From NCBI RefSeq assembly GCF_001194135.2, contig NC_068982.1, positions 186,528,289 to 186,592,288 of the forward strand: DNA of 64,000 nucleotides. Direction: 5' to 3'. The notes beneath the pieces are model-generated. The model saw only the letters and a list, made by a program, of their open reading frames with translations. It had not been told where the DNA came from and made no database searches. Position numbers and translations under genes: made by a program. This DNA is from Octopus bimaculoides (Eukaryota). Below, one piece after another: positions 1 to 12,542 of the stretch (the first letter of the stretch is position 1; every line of letters begins with the position of its first letter).

Positions 1-2152
1 ACACCTTATTGCCTAAAAAGAAGAAAAAAATGAAGGACCTATTGAATTATGTAGTCCTAGATACACTGTTCNNNNNNNNNNNNNNNNNNNNNNNNNNNNN
101 NNNNNNNNNNNNNNNNNNNNNNNNNNNNNNNNNNNNNNNNNNNNNNNNNNNNNNNNNNNNNNNNNNNNNNNNNNNNNNNNNNNNNNNNNNNNNNNNNNNN
201 NNNNNNNNNNNNNNNNNNNNNNNNNNNNNNNNNNNNNNNNNNNNNNNNNNNNNNNNNNNNNNNNNNNNNNNNNNNNNNNNNNNNNNNNNNNNNNNNNNNN
301 NNNNNNNNNNNNNNNNNNNNNNNNNNNNNNNNNNNNNNNNNNNNNNNNNNNNNNNNNNNNNNNNNNNNNNNNNNNNNNNNNNNNNNNNNNNNNNNNNNNN
401 NNNNNNNNNNNNNNNNNNNNNNNNNNNNNNNNNNNNNNNNNNNNNNNNNNNNNNNNNNNNNNNNNNNNNNNNNNNNNNNNNNNNNNNNNNNNNNNNNNNN
501 NNNNNNNNNNNNNNNNNNNNNNNNNNNNNNNNNNNNNNNNNNNNNNNNNNNNNNNNNNNNNNNNNNNNNNNNNNNNNNNNNNNNNNNNNNNNNNNNNNNN
601 NNNNNNNNNNNNNNNNNNNNNNNNNNNNNNNNNNNNNNNNGATAAAAAATAAAGTACCAGTCATGTACTGAGGAAGGGGGTCAATGTAATTTACTAACCC
701 CTCTTCTCAAAATTGCTGGGCTTGAATCGTACAACGGACCGGCGTCCCATTGAGAGTGTGTTGCGATTTCAGCCCTTATTACCATGGAAACCGACGAACC
801 GGGGCTCAAGAAAAATATTTCAAAACCATTTTCCTTACATCATCAGTTTATATTTAAAATTCTTCTAAATTTTATCTTCAGACATTACAAAATCTTTCTC
901 ATTCGCCTCAGTATGTTCTAACGAAGACATTGTGGTTATTCCCCTTAGACTGCTTTACTTGCAGTATGACAACGCGTGCACCCGCACACACGCATGCACA
1001 CACACATATATATATACCGGGTTTTACAATAAAATCCTCTCGTATTTTACATGGCCATTGGGTTGGGCACATGCGCGCATTTTGCAGGGTGGAGTGCAGT
1101 GGGATGGGCCCTTTTCTGAGACACTCTGGATTGAATTACGCAGTGTTTAACAATAATGGAAAAGCTTTCATTTTTCCCATTTCTCACCTGCATATGTGTT
1201 TGTGAGTGTGTTTACGTGTGTGTATGGATGTATTTATGTGTGTGTGTGTGATTACGTGTTTGCGTGTGTGTTTGAGTCTGTGAGTGTGTGTGTGTGATTA
1301 CGTGATTATGTCTCAGTGTGTGATTGCTTGTGTGTATAGATGTATTTATGTGCATGTGTGTGTGTGTGTGCGTAGAAGGTGAATTGACAAAATCGTTACA
1401 ACTTTAAAATAAATAAATAAATAAAAACTGCTTTGGTGTATCTGTTTTCGCTTTTTATATTCCGAGTTCAAATCCCATCGGAGTCGATTTTGCTTTTCAT
1501 CTTCTTCAGGGTTCATAAAATAAAAATACCAGAGAAATNNNNNNNNNNNNNNNNNNNNNNNNNNNNNNNNNNNNNNNNNNNNNNNNNNNNNNNNNNNNNN
1601 NNNNNNNNNNNNNNNNNNNNNNNNNNNNNNNNNNNNNNNNNNNNNNNNNNNNNNNNNNNNNNNNNNNNNNNNNNNNNNNNNNNNNNNNNNNNNNNNNNNN
1701 NNNNNNNNNNNNNNNNNNNNNNNNNNNNNNNNNNNNNNNNNNNNNNNNNNNNNNNNNNNNNNNNNNNNNNNNNNNNNNNNNNNNNNNNNNNNNNNNNNNN
1801 NNNNNNNNNNNNNNNNNNNNNNNNNNNNNNNNNNNNNNNNNNNNNNNNNNNNNNNNNNNNNNNNNNNNNNNNNNNNNNNNNNNNNNNNNNNNNNNNNNNN
1901 NNNNNNNNNNNNNNNNNNNNNNNNNNNNNNNNNNNNNNNNNNNNNNNNNNNNNNNNNNNNNNNNNNNNNNNNNNNNNNNNNNNNNNNNNNNNNNNNNNNN
2001 NNNNNNNNNNNNNNNNNNNNNNNNNNNNNNNNNNNNNNNNNNNNNNCTGAAATTTTTTTTCGTTAGAATGGAATGTTTGAAAAACTAAACAGACATAAAA
2101 TTCAGTAACACATGTGAAATATATTCACACATGCATACTTTCTAGACATATG

Positions 2153-2194
<42 letters not shown>

Positions 2195-2771
2195 CCCTTC
2201 CAGAACCACTCCACATACATGCATTCACACATCTATACATAAATACATACATTCATACGTATTTATAGTGATACATTCAATGTTTGTTGTTGTGTGCCTT
2301 TGACTCATTTTTGGCGAGGAATTGGTGCATTGCCATTGTTGAAACGTTTGCCAAGTACTAACATTATATATCATCAGCAGCATCATCATCATTTAGCGTC
2401 CGTTTTCCATGCTGGCATGGGTTGGACAGTTTGACCACAGTTGGCAAGCTGGAAGGCTGCACCAGACGCCAGTCTGATTTGGAATGGTTTTCTACAGCTG
2501 GATGCTCTTCCTAATGCCAACCACTCCGAGAGTGTAATGGATGTTTTATGTGCCACCAGCACAGGTGCCATTTGCGTGACACTGGTATCTGCCACGACTG
2601 CAATTTTACTTGACTTTGATGGGTCTTCTCAAGCACAACATAATATATATATATATATATAATCATCATCATCGTCATTTAATGTCTGCTTTCCCTGCTG
2701 GCATGGGTTGAACGTCTAATAATGCCTAAAAGTTGATGAGTACCACCTCTTGATCCCCTCCATTTTCTTAT

Positions 2772-2846
<75 letters not shown>

Positions 2847-3319
2847 TCATGCACTTTTGATGCTGATGCCACATAAAAAGCTCCCAGTCCACTCAATAAA
2901 TTAGAAAGGCATCCAGCTATAGAGACAACGCCAGCACAAATAATGTCCCACTCTTGTCAAACCGTCCAACCCATGCCAGCATGGAAAACAGACTGAATGG
3001 TCACTTGGGTGCAGTTGAGTATAGTGCTGCTCAGTTAGGCCTGACCCCGGGTTAACAACAATGGCAAATCTATGTACATGCACAGTTCTCTCCCTTATTC
3101 TGTAGCCTTAACTATTCACACACACACACACACACACACATTGACAGCATCTCTCTTCCATTCACACACACATACATATTATTACTGTGATAATACATAC
3201 TAACACATACCAGCTGTCCTTCCTCTTACACTCTATGACATTCTCCCACTCCCTACTGCACTCTCCTCTACTCAGAAATCACATAAATATCACTCATTCT
3301 CAATGATTTCTAATGACGA

Positions 3320-3810
3320 CATCATCATCGTCGTCGTCGTCGTCATTTAACGTCTGCTTTCCGTGCTGGCATGTGTTGGACGGTTCGACTGGGGTCTGGG
3401 AAGCCAGGAGGCTGCACTAGGTGCCAATCTGTTCTGGCAAGGTTTCTACAGCTGGATGCCCTTCCTAATGCCAACCACTCCGAGAGTGTAGTGCATTCTT
3501 TTTACGTGCCACCGTCACGGGAGCCTGTCAGGCGCCACTGGCATCAACCACACTTGAATGGTGCTTTTTATGTGCCACCGGCACAGGATCATTCAGCTGG
3601 CACTGGCATCAACCATGCTTGAAAGGTGCTTTTTACGTGCCAGCGGCACAGGAGCTAGTCAGGTGGCACTGGCAATGATTGCACTCGAATGGTGCTTTTT
3701 ACATGCCACTGGCACGGGATGAGTCAGGTGGCACTGGCAATGATCGCACTCAAATGGTGCTGTTTACATGTCACCTGACGCGGGATGTGTCAGGTGGCAC
3801 TGGTATCGAC
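3320..3810 (-). mobile_element. RTE 3' end with five tandem ~65-bp 3'UTR units
   Basis: Same RTE 3'UTR ending in a (GAT/GAC)n tail. Unit starts at about 3495, 3561, 3626, 3692 and 3757. Confidence 0.8.
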
Positions 3811-5549
3811 AGTTCAAAAATATTTTTCTTTTTTGTTACCTTTTCTTATTTTCTTCCTTCTCTTGAAAAAGAGCCTCTGCTTGAAATATTAATACTTCCT
3901 CATTCACATTGCTTAATACATTGACTTTATTTTTATTTTGATATTTTTACTCCACTTATTTGTAGGAACTATGCATTTTAGTACTACTCATACTACTACT
4001 ACCACAACTACCCCAACCGTGACTACAACCATCATCACCACCACCACTACTACCACTTCTACCACCACCACCTCCATCACCACTACTACTACCATCTCCA
4101 CCACTACCACTACTATTACCAATTAAGTTGCAGTTGCGCACTGGGTCATTCTAATTGACTGGCCCCCCTCCCCTAAAATTTTGAGCCTTGTGCCTAGCAT
4201 AGAAGACACTTGCCCAAGGTGCCACGCAGTGGGACTGAATCCGGAACCATGTGGTTGATAAGCAAGCTACTTACCACACAGCCACTCCTGTGCTTATTTA
4301 GGTTACCTCCCTTTACATTCTGATTTCAAATTCCAACAATATCAAATTTACCTTTTGTTCTTTCAGGGCTGATGAACTTAGTACCAGTCACATATTAGGG
4401 TTGATTAAATTAATTTGTATCCCTTTCCACCCATTCCTGTTCAGGTCTAAATAAACCTGTCCCCATCACTAGGAATACGTCATCTGTTTAGAAAATTATA
4501 AATGAATACGAATATTGTAAATTTAATTGAGTTCCTTTGGACCGGAAATTGTTTTGCAGCCATTGACTTGTTTAGGTTCCAATTAAACCGAGTTTTATGA
4601 TAAAGATTAATATCTTCAGCAATTATCCTCTCATTGAAATGGTAGGTTTCTTAGTGAAACAAAGTCTTATCTATCAGGGTCAAGTGTTCTGTTGGAATAT
4701 GATATTTTCTGACATTCCACAATGCCAGAAAATTGTAAGGATGGAGTATGGCTGATGGGATGGGGCTGCTTGGTACATGAAGAGTTAAATGTCAATCAGG
4801 GCTGGTTTGTTTCTAAACAACAACAACAAAAACAAGGAAACAACAACAAAAACAAGGAAACAACAGTAACAGCAAAAACATCAGCAACAGCAACAACAAC
4901 AACAACTGTACCACACCTGTCGTTCTCAGCCATTCATTGCCTGTGGATACCTTTCATCATCATCATCATCATTTAACTTCCATTGGCCATGCTGGCATAG
5001 GTAGGATGGCTTGACTAGGGCTAATAAGCTGAGGGGCTGCACCAACAGTTAAGGGTTGGCAACAACAAGGGCATCCAGCTGTGGAATATTTGCCTCAATA
5101 AAATGCATGGGAAAGTGGACATTACAATGATGTTGATGATGATGATGATGATGATATATCTGCAGACAACCGCCTCCATTTCAGGATATTGCCGTTCATC
5201 AGTACAAAGTACCAGAGAGTCATAGTGTATTCAAACAAACGCAGTGGAGCCTCAATTTATGAATTTAATTTTGTCCAACCCATACTAGCATGGAAAGTGG
5301 ACGTTAAACGATGATGATGATGATGATGAATTTGTTCCTGAAACTATTTTCCCCCGTAGGATATTCACGTGAAGGCACAGTGAATTCGAGCAGGGATGTT
5401 TCTTGAGTGAAAGTCAGAAAGCATCTGATGCTCTCCTGCCGGTATTCCCAGCTTATCGCCAACCATTGTTGCCAGCTTCTTTGTTTGTTACTTGAGACCC
5501 TCCATTTATGTTTGAAAAATTAGACGTAAACTGATTTGATTGTGATGAG

Positions 5550-5721
5550 AGGCGTAGGAGTGGCTGTGTGGTAAGTAGCTTGCTTACAAACCACATGGTT
5601 CTGGGTTCAGTCCCACTGCGTCGCACCTTGGGCAAGTGTCTTCTACTATAGCCTCGGGCCGACCAAAGCCTTATGAGTGGATTTGGTAGGCGGAAACTGA
5701 AAAAAGCCCGTCGTATATATG

Positions 5722-5766
<45 letters not shown>

Positions 5767-5902
5767 TTGTGTGTCTGTGTTTGTCCCCCAACATCGCTCG
5801 ACAACCGATGCTGGTGTGTTTACATCCCCGTAACTTAGCAGTTCGACAAAAGAGACCGATAGAATAAGTACTAGGCTTACAAATAATAAGTCCTGGGGTC
5901 AA
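5550..5902 (+). mobile_element. tRNA-derived SINE family A (about 400 bp), cut by a gap
   Basis: Head AGGCGTAGGAGTGGCTGTGTGGTAAG (A box) ...GGGTTCAGTCCC (B box), internal (TA)n(TG)n. About 29 full or partial copies in the window. Confidence 0.85.
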
Positions 5903-6507
5903 NNNNNNNNNNNNNNNNNNNNNNNNNNNNNNNNNNNNNNNNNNNNNNNNNNNNNNNNNNNNNNNNNNNNNNNNNNNNNNNNNNNNNNNNNNNNNNNNNN
6001 NNNNNNNNNNNNNNNNNNNNNNNNNNNNNNNNNNNNNNNNNNNNNNNNNNNNNNNNNNNNNNNNNNNNNNNNNNNNNNNNNNNNNNNNNNNNNNNNNNNN
6101 NNNNNNNNNNNNNNNNNNNNNNNNNNNNNNNNNNNNNNNNNNNNNNNNNNNNNNNNNNNNNNNNNNNNNNNNNNNNNNNNNNNNNNNNNNNNNNNNNNNN
6201 NNNNNNNNNNNNNNNNNNNNNNNNNNNNNNNNNNNNNNNNNNNNNNNNNNNNNNNNNNNNNNNNNNNNNNNNNNNNNNNNNNNNNNNNNNNNNNNNNNNN
6301 NNNNNNNNNNNNNNNNNNNNNNNNNNNNNNNNNNNNNNNNNNNNNNNNNNNNNNNNNNNNNNNNNNNNNNNNNNNNNNNNNNNNNNNNNNNNNNNNNNNN
6401 NNNNNNNNNNNNNNNNNNNNNNNNNNNNNNNNNNNNNNNNNNNNNNNGTGCTCCAGCATGGCCACAGACAACTGACTGAAACAAGTAAAAGAAAAGAATA
6501 AAAGAAT

Positions 6508-6906
6508 ATTCTTTTATTCTTTTCTTTTACTTGTTTCAGTCAGTTGTCTGTGGCCATGCTGGAGCACTGCCTTTAGTCGAGCAAATCGACCCCAGGACTT
6601 ATTCTTTTCTAAGCCTAGTTCCATTGGTCTCCTTTGCTGAACTGCTAAGTTACGGGGACATAAACACAACAGCATCGGTTGTCAAGCGATGTCGGGGGGA
6701 CAAACACAGACATACAAACATATACACACACGTACATATATACAACAGGCTTCTTTCAGTTTCCATCTACCAAATCCACTCACAAGGCTTTGGCCGGCCC
6801 GAGGCTATAGTAGAAGGGACTTGCTCAAGGTAGCATGCAGTGGGACTGAACCCGGAACCATGTGGTTGGTAAGCAAGCTACTTACCACACAGCCACTCCT
6901 GCACCT
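6508..6906 (-). mobile_element. SINE family A, full length
   Basis: Head A/B boxes to tail GGCAGTGCTCCAGCATGGCCACAG..CTGAAACAAGTAAAAGA. Confidence 0.88.
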
Positions 6907-8139
6907 ATATTTTACAAGAATTATAATTGGATAATTATGTTGCTGAAAAACAGACTATGAATGTGATGAGTGAAAAATCTAAAAAAATTGTTCGTTAAAG
7001 AAAAGAAAATTAACTAAAGAAAGTAAACTGTCATATATTATCAATTCTTTTGCTTATCCAAGCAAAAAGGTTCTGGGTTTTTTTGTTTTTGTTTTTTGTT
7101 ACAATAAAGAATTCACAAGGTGGGGAGGTTAAGTTACTTTCAGGCAAACTGGTCAGTCTGTAGAGTCGTATGGAAGATCATGTATAAGAATTTAGCATAC
7201 TTGGAGAGTTATATAAGAAAGAATTTAATAAGTAGAAAGATACATGAAGAAAAACAGAATTAATGGAAGCAAACTTAATGTGGCTATTTTAAGACTTTTG
7301 TTTATTTCTAAAGAACTTATAATTAAGAATTATCCAGATGTGCAAATAGAATTGTATTATAAGAAACACACATCTGTGTGTGTCTATGTATATAATAAAT
7401 GTGCATATATTAGGCACAGCTGCTGCTGTGCAGTTGCAAAGCTTGCTTCCCAATCAGGTGGTCTTGGGTTCAGTTTCACTGTATGGCACCTTGGACTACA
7501 GCCTCAACCTGACTAAAGCTGTGTGCATGGATTTGATAGATAGAAACTGAAAGAAGCCCATGACATATATTTATATATCATCATCATCATTATCATCATC
7601 TAGCATCTGTTTTCCATGCTGGCATGGGTTGGACAGTTTGATAAGAGCCGAAAAGGTTAGGAGTCATACCAGATTCCATTGTCTGTTTTGCTATGGTTTC
7701 TAGGGTTGTGGTTGGTAAGCAAGCTACTTACCACACAGCCACACCTGCGCCTCCATTGTCAGTTTTGGTATCATTTCTATGGCTGGATGCCCTTTCTAAT
7801 GTCAACCAATGTCCAGAGTATACTGGGTGCTTTTCCCATGGCACCAGCGCCAACAGGGTCACCAAGTAACTTGCAAGACAAAGAAAGGAACTGCTCAACT
7901 GGAAGGAGGGAGTAAAGGGAGGCTGATGGTGGTTTTGTGCCAGTTGAATGATGGGCTTCCATACAGTTTCCATCTATAAAACTCATATACAAAGCATTGG
8001 TTGGCCCAGGGCTACAACGGAAGACACTTGCCCAAGGTGCTGTGCAGTGGGACTGAACCTGAAACCACATTGCTACAAAGCAGGATTCTTAACCGTATAG
8101 CTAATCCTGTGCTCTCTCTCTCTCTCTCTCTCTCTCCCC

Positions 8140-8190
<51 letters not shown>

Positions 8191-8224
8191 AACAAAATAG
8201 CATTGGGCCTAATGGAGGCAAAGA

Positions 8225-8545
8225 GGCTGAGTTCCTTTTGAGCGTTGGGCCTCCCGGAGGTAATGACCAAGACCTTTGGCATTATGCCATGCTTGAGGAG
8301 AAGACCCATCAAGCTGAGCAAAATGGCAGATACTGGTGTCACGCAAATGGCACTCATGCCAGTGACATGTGAAAGCACCCATTTCACTCTTGCAGTGGTT
8401 GGCGTTAGGAAGGGCATCCAGCCATAGAAGACCATGCCAAATCATACTGGAGCCTAGTGCAGCCTTCCAGCTTACCAGCCCTGGTCAAACCGTCCAATCC
8501 ATGCCAGCATGGACGTTAAATGATGGTGATGACGATGACGATGAA
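8225..8545 (+). mobile_element. RTE 3' end
   Basis: DLWHYAMLEEKT-type ORF end, AGGAAGGGCATCCAGCC, CCATGCCAGCATGGACGTTAAATGATG tail. Confidence 0.8.
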
Positions 8546-8564
8546 GAAGAATGGAGACTTGTAC

Positions 8565-8676
8565 ATCTTCCAAACTTATTTATTATAATATTATTCTCAT
8601 TAAATTCACATTAGATGGATTGGAATCTAATGTGAATTTAATGAGAATAATATTGTAATAAACAAATTCTGAAGAT
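8565..8676. repeat. Near-perfect hairpin (38-bp core stem, 8-nt loop)
   Basis: 8579-8616 pairs with 8625-8662 with one non-Watson-Crick position; the stem extends imperfectly to about 52 bp. Confidence 0.9.
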
Positions 8677-10317
8677 TTATAATTTCCCATTCTTCTTTAT
8701 AATGTCTTGATTTATACATTCTGTATTCTGTATTCTGTATTCTGTATTCTGTGAACATCAAATGAAGCGAACTCGGGATTTGTCTGTTGAGTAAAATACC
8801 AGATAATTTATCTATCTTAAAGAATCCTATAGGTTCCCTATCTTTCAGAGTGGTTTGCCAGAACCTGGATTATATCAGATTCCAAATCCCTATACTTTTA
8901 CCTAATGTATATATATATATTATATTAGATGGTGGAAATGGAGAAGGCTAATTTCTTTTTGAGCATTATTTAAAAAAAAAACAAAGAGTAGAAGCCTAGC
9001 TAAAGGGAAATAACTTGGATGTAGTAGCGAAAGGAAACAGTTTAATCGTTGTTGGTGTTTCATTTCAGGTAAGGTAGAGGAGGAGGAAGATGAGAAAGAT
9101 TAATACGATAGGAAAGATAAGGAAGATAAGAAAATAAATCAAAAGAAAGATGAGATAAGATAAGAAAAGCTAAGGAAAAAAAAAAAGAAAGAATATTGGT
9201 TAACGAATTAGAAAAGGTGTAGTGGTTGGGTTTGTCTATGTGCGGAGGGATGCCCTGTTTATGAAAGGAAGCTGTGTGTGCATAAAACGGTGAATAGTAA
9301 TTAACTGTGAACGGAAAGTTGGAAGTAATTAAGTGGGAGATGTAAATTTAATGCAGGTGTATTGTTGAGGGGTTATGTTTTAAATAAGGGGAGGAGGGAT
9401 ATGTATAATAGCATTTTAATAAGGGGTTGGAGTAGTATTGTGATTCCCTAATTGACTCAAACCAGGCACCCCTAATGTATTATAGGAATAATATATTAGT
9501 CATACAAAGTGACAGTACTGACTTTACAAGTCTTGTACATATTCTAGCAGTCTCTTTTGCCAAACCACTGAGCTCATGTAAAAAGCACCTGTTCTGGTGC
9601 CATGTACAAAGCAGCCATGTCAGTGCCACATGTAAAGCACTTGTGCCAGTGCCACATGTAAACAGCGTTGTTGCTGGTACCACATAAAAAGTACCCGTGT
9701 TGGTGCCATTTAAAGAGCACTAGCGTTGGTGCCACTCTGTAAAGCGGTTGGCATGAGGAACGGCATCCGGCTGTAGAAACCCCTGCCAAAAACAGGCAAC
9801 TGGAGTCTGGTGCAGCTCTCCAACCCATGCCAGCATGGAAAATGGATGTTAAATGATGATGATGATGATGATGATGATGTTTATGTTGCTGCTGCTGCTG
9901 ATGATGATGATGAGTGTGACCTTATTTCTTTTAATTAACTATTTCCAATTTAGGCACAAGGCCAGCACTTTGTTGGGGGAGGGGGCTTTGCCAATACAAT
10001 CGACCCCAGTACTTGATTGGATTTCATCAGTTTTGAGGGAATGAATAGCAAAGTTGACTTCAATGGGATTTGAACACAAAATGTAAAGACCCACAGAACA
10101 TAAAGACAGCACCTGGAATTTTTCTCAAAGCCCTAACAAACACTTCCAATCCACCAGCCTCGTACCAAATCCCTATTTTAATACCCACCCTCCATCTTCT
10201 CCTTTATTAACGAGAGGAAGAAACTGAGTTTCATCCATTTATCCGTATAATTCTCTCTTTCTGCTAATCCCTGCTTTCTGAAGATTATGGATTTTAAGAA
10301 AGTCTGGTATTAACCAT

Positions 10318-10680
10318 GGCAGGTGTGGCTATAAGCTTGCTTCCCAACCACATGGTTCCAGGTTCAGTCCCAGTGCATAGCACCTTGGTCAAGTGCCAGG
10401 CCAATCAAAGCCGTCTGAGTGGATTTGGTAGATGGAAACTGAAAGAAATCTGACATGTGTGTTCGCATGTGTTTCTATTTGTCCCCTACCACTACTTGAC
10501 AACTGGCGTTGGTTTGTTTACATCCCCATAACCTAGCAGTTCATCAAAGATCCCAATAGAATAAATACCAGGCTTAAGATAATGAAAAGTAATGTCTTGG
10601 GGTTCACTCATCGAACTAAAATTTTTTAAGAAGGTGCCCCAGCATGGCCACGGTCTAATGACTGAAATAGGTAAAAGATA
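10318..10680 (+). mobile_element. SINE family A
   Basis: Collinear with the family consensus from head to tail. Confidence 0.8.
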
Positions 10681-10995
10681 GAAGAATTTTCCCATCCTCT
10701 TTTCTAATCCCTACAGTCTCCCACCCCCAGGGATGGAAATGCTCTCCTATGAGAAATTCAGCCCTAGTATGTACTAAAAGCAAAATGGTGAAGCTAAAAG
10801 AAAAAGACGGGTTGGATAAAGTTGTAGCAGAGATGAGAATCTAGAAAATTACTATTTGTAAATCTCACAACGAGAGATATTCAGCAACAGTACTTCGGAG
10901 TAAAGATTGTTTGCCAACATAACATGGCAGTCCTGGTTTAGGACTAATGTTGCTGTAATTTAACCCCAGGAGACATCATCTTGCCAAACAGTTAT

Positions 10996-11040
10996 TCTGT
11001 GCTGATGAAGGGAAATAACCCGGAAATTGCGATACATAGA
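10996..11040 (+). ncRNA. Type I hammerhead ribozyme motif (minimal, palindromic stem III)
   Basis: Stem I TCTGTG/CATAGA; core CTGATGA 11002-11008; stem II GGG-AAATAA-CCC with flanking A.G; GAA 11023-25; ATTGCGAT (self-complementary with G.U); AUA triplet. Confidence 0.6.
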
Positions 11041-11318
11041 TATTGTTTTGAGCTTGTTCAAAAATATAAGGACACAGATCATGTCGTATAGCAGCTGGAA
11101 ACGATGTCTCCTGGGGCTAAATTACTGTAGCATTCATCCTAAACAAGGACTGCCATGTTATGTTGGCAAACAAACTTTACTCCAAAGTATACTGTTGCTG
11201 AATATCTCTCGTTGTGAAATTTAAAAATAGTAATTTTCTAATTTATAGATCAATGACTAGTTGTCACTTTGTAACCTATATATTTCGAACGGGAATTTGG
11301 CAGTGCCACCTCTAGCTG

Positions 11319-11379
11319 AACAATTATTCTGTTCTGATGAAGGAAAATAACCTGGAAATCGCAATACACAGATATTGTT
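11319..11379 (+). ncRNA. Second, more decayed hammerhead copy
   Basis: Core CTGATGA 11334-11340; GAA-ATCGCAAT-A; stem I AACAAT..TCTGT / ACAGA..ATTGTT. Confidence 0.5.
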
Positions 11380-11750
11380 TTGAGCTGAGTGGGGGTACTA
11401 GATTCCCTTGTTTGAAAATATAAGGACACAGATCGTGTCGTATAGCCAGCTGGAGACGATGTCTCCTGGGGCTAAGTTACAGCACCATTCATCCTAAACC
11501 AGGACTGCCGTGTTATGCTGGCAACCAATCTTTACTACAGATGAGAATATGTTTGGCATTTCTGTAAATAAAAGAGAGAAGGAATTGGTCAGAATTTGGT
11601 TAAGTTGGAATATCCAGAGAGCAAGGTAATTCTATTAAGACTGATAGGTTTGTGTTACTTTTGATGTTGACAGCTTATTAAGAAAGAAGGTAAGACATTT
11701 GATTAGGTTGGAGACGAGAGTAGTAGTAGTGGTGGTGGTGGTGGTGGTAT

Positions 11751-11931
11751 TTTTTACTTGTTTCAGCCATTTGACTGTGGCCATGCTGGAGTATCACCTT
11801 GGATTTTAGTCAAATGAATTGACCTCAGTATTTATTATATATATATTTCAAAGTTAGGTACTTATTTTATCTGTCTCTTTTGCTGAACTGTTAAGTTACA
11901 GGGATGTAAACACACCAACACCAGTTGTCAA

Positions 11932-11978
<47 letters not shown>

Positions 11979-12141
11979 ATAGGCTTCTTTCAGTTTCTGT
12001 CTACAAAATCCACTCACAAGGCTTTAATCAGCCCAAGGCTATAGTAGAAGACACTTTCCCAAGGTGCCACGCAGTGGGACTGAACCCAGAACCATGTGGT
12101 TGGGAAGCAAGCTTCTAACCGCAACAACCACTCCTGCACCT
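11751..12141 (-). mobile_element. SINE family A
   Basis: Collinear with the family consensus. Confidence 0.85.
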
Positions 12142-12542
12142 ACAGTTAATTGTTAACACTGTCCCCTGGAAAACCAAGGAATCGTGATTCAAGTAGCGTC
12201 GCTTTTTTGTGTCTCAAACTTACGCACAATAACAGCACACTTTTGTTTTTATGCCAACCAATTTGTGAATGATTAAATAACTGAGTTTTTGTTATTTTAC
12301 ATAGTCAAAGGTTTCTAAATTACAGCATGATTTTATTGCATCAGTTACATTTTATACATAAATGTCCTTCATATAGATAACCATTCAGGCATAAAATAGG
12401 AGTGGAATATGATCTGTGAGTCATGAAAGCATCAGTGTTGTTATTTGTTTAGAAACTCAGTGAAGAGTGGGGGAAAAAAAAAAGCCTGAACGGATTCTCT
12501 TTCATTTCTGTTGACTAATGCGTTGTAGATTAAACAAATTTA

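Larger units (their letters stand above)
10842..11540 (+). mobile_element. PLE pseudo-LTR-like structure: inverted partial repeat plus two direct ~190-bp repeats, each with a hammerhead core
   Basis: 10842-10977 is the reverse complement of 11103-11240 (about 135 bp, roughly 90% identical by eye). 10991-11184 is repeated at 11323-11536. Confidence 0.7.

Noticed and set aside
3495-3810. 65-bp tandem units as a CRISPR array
   Set aside because: The whole unit is repeated with no unique spacers, it lies within an RTE 3'UTR, the context is eukaryotic and there are no cas genes.
4575-4630. CTGAAGA...AAAACTCGGTT hammerhead-like string (minus)
   Set aside because: G12 is missing and stem II is poor; too many changes needed to call it, though it may be a very old relic.
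5165-5200. CTGATGA...GAAA on the minus strand
   Set aside because: Stem II is bulged and no stem III, UH site or stem I could be formed.
9061-9075. Strong donor CAG|GTAAG
   Set aside because: No associated open exon or acceptor; an isolated splice motif is not evidence of a gene.
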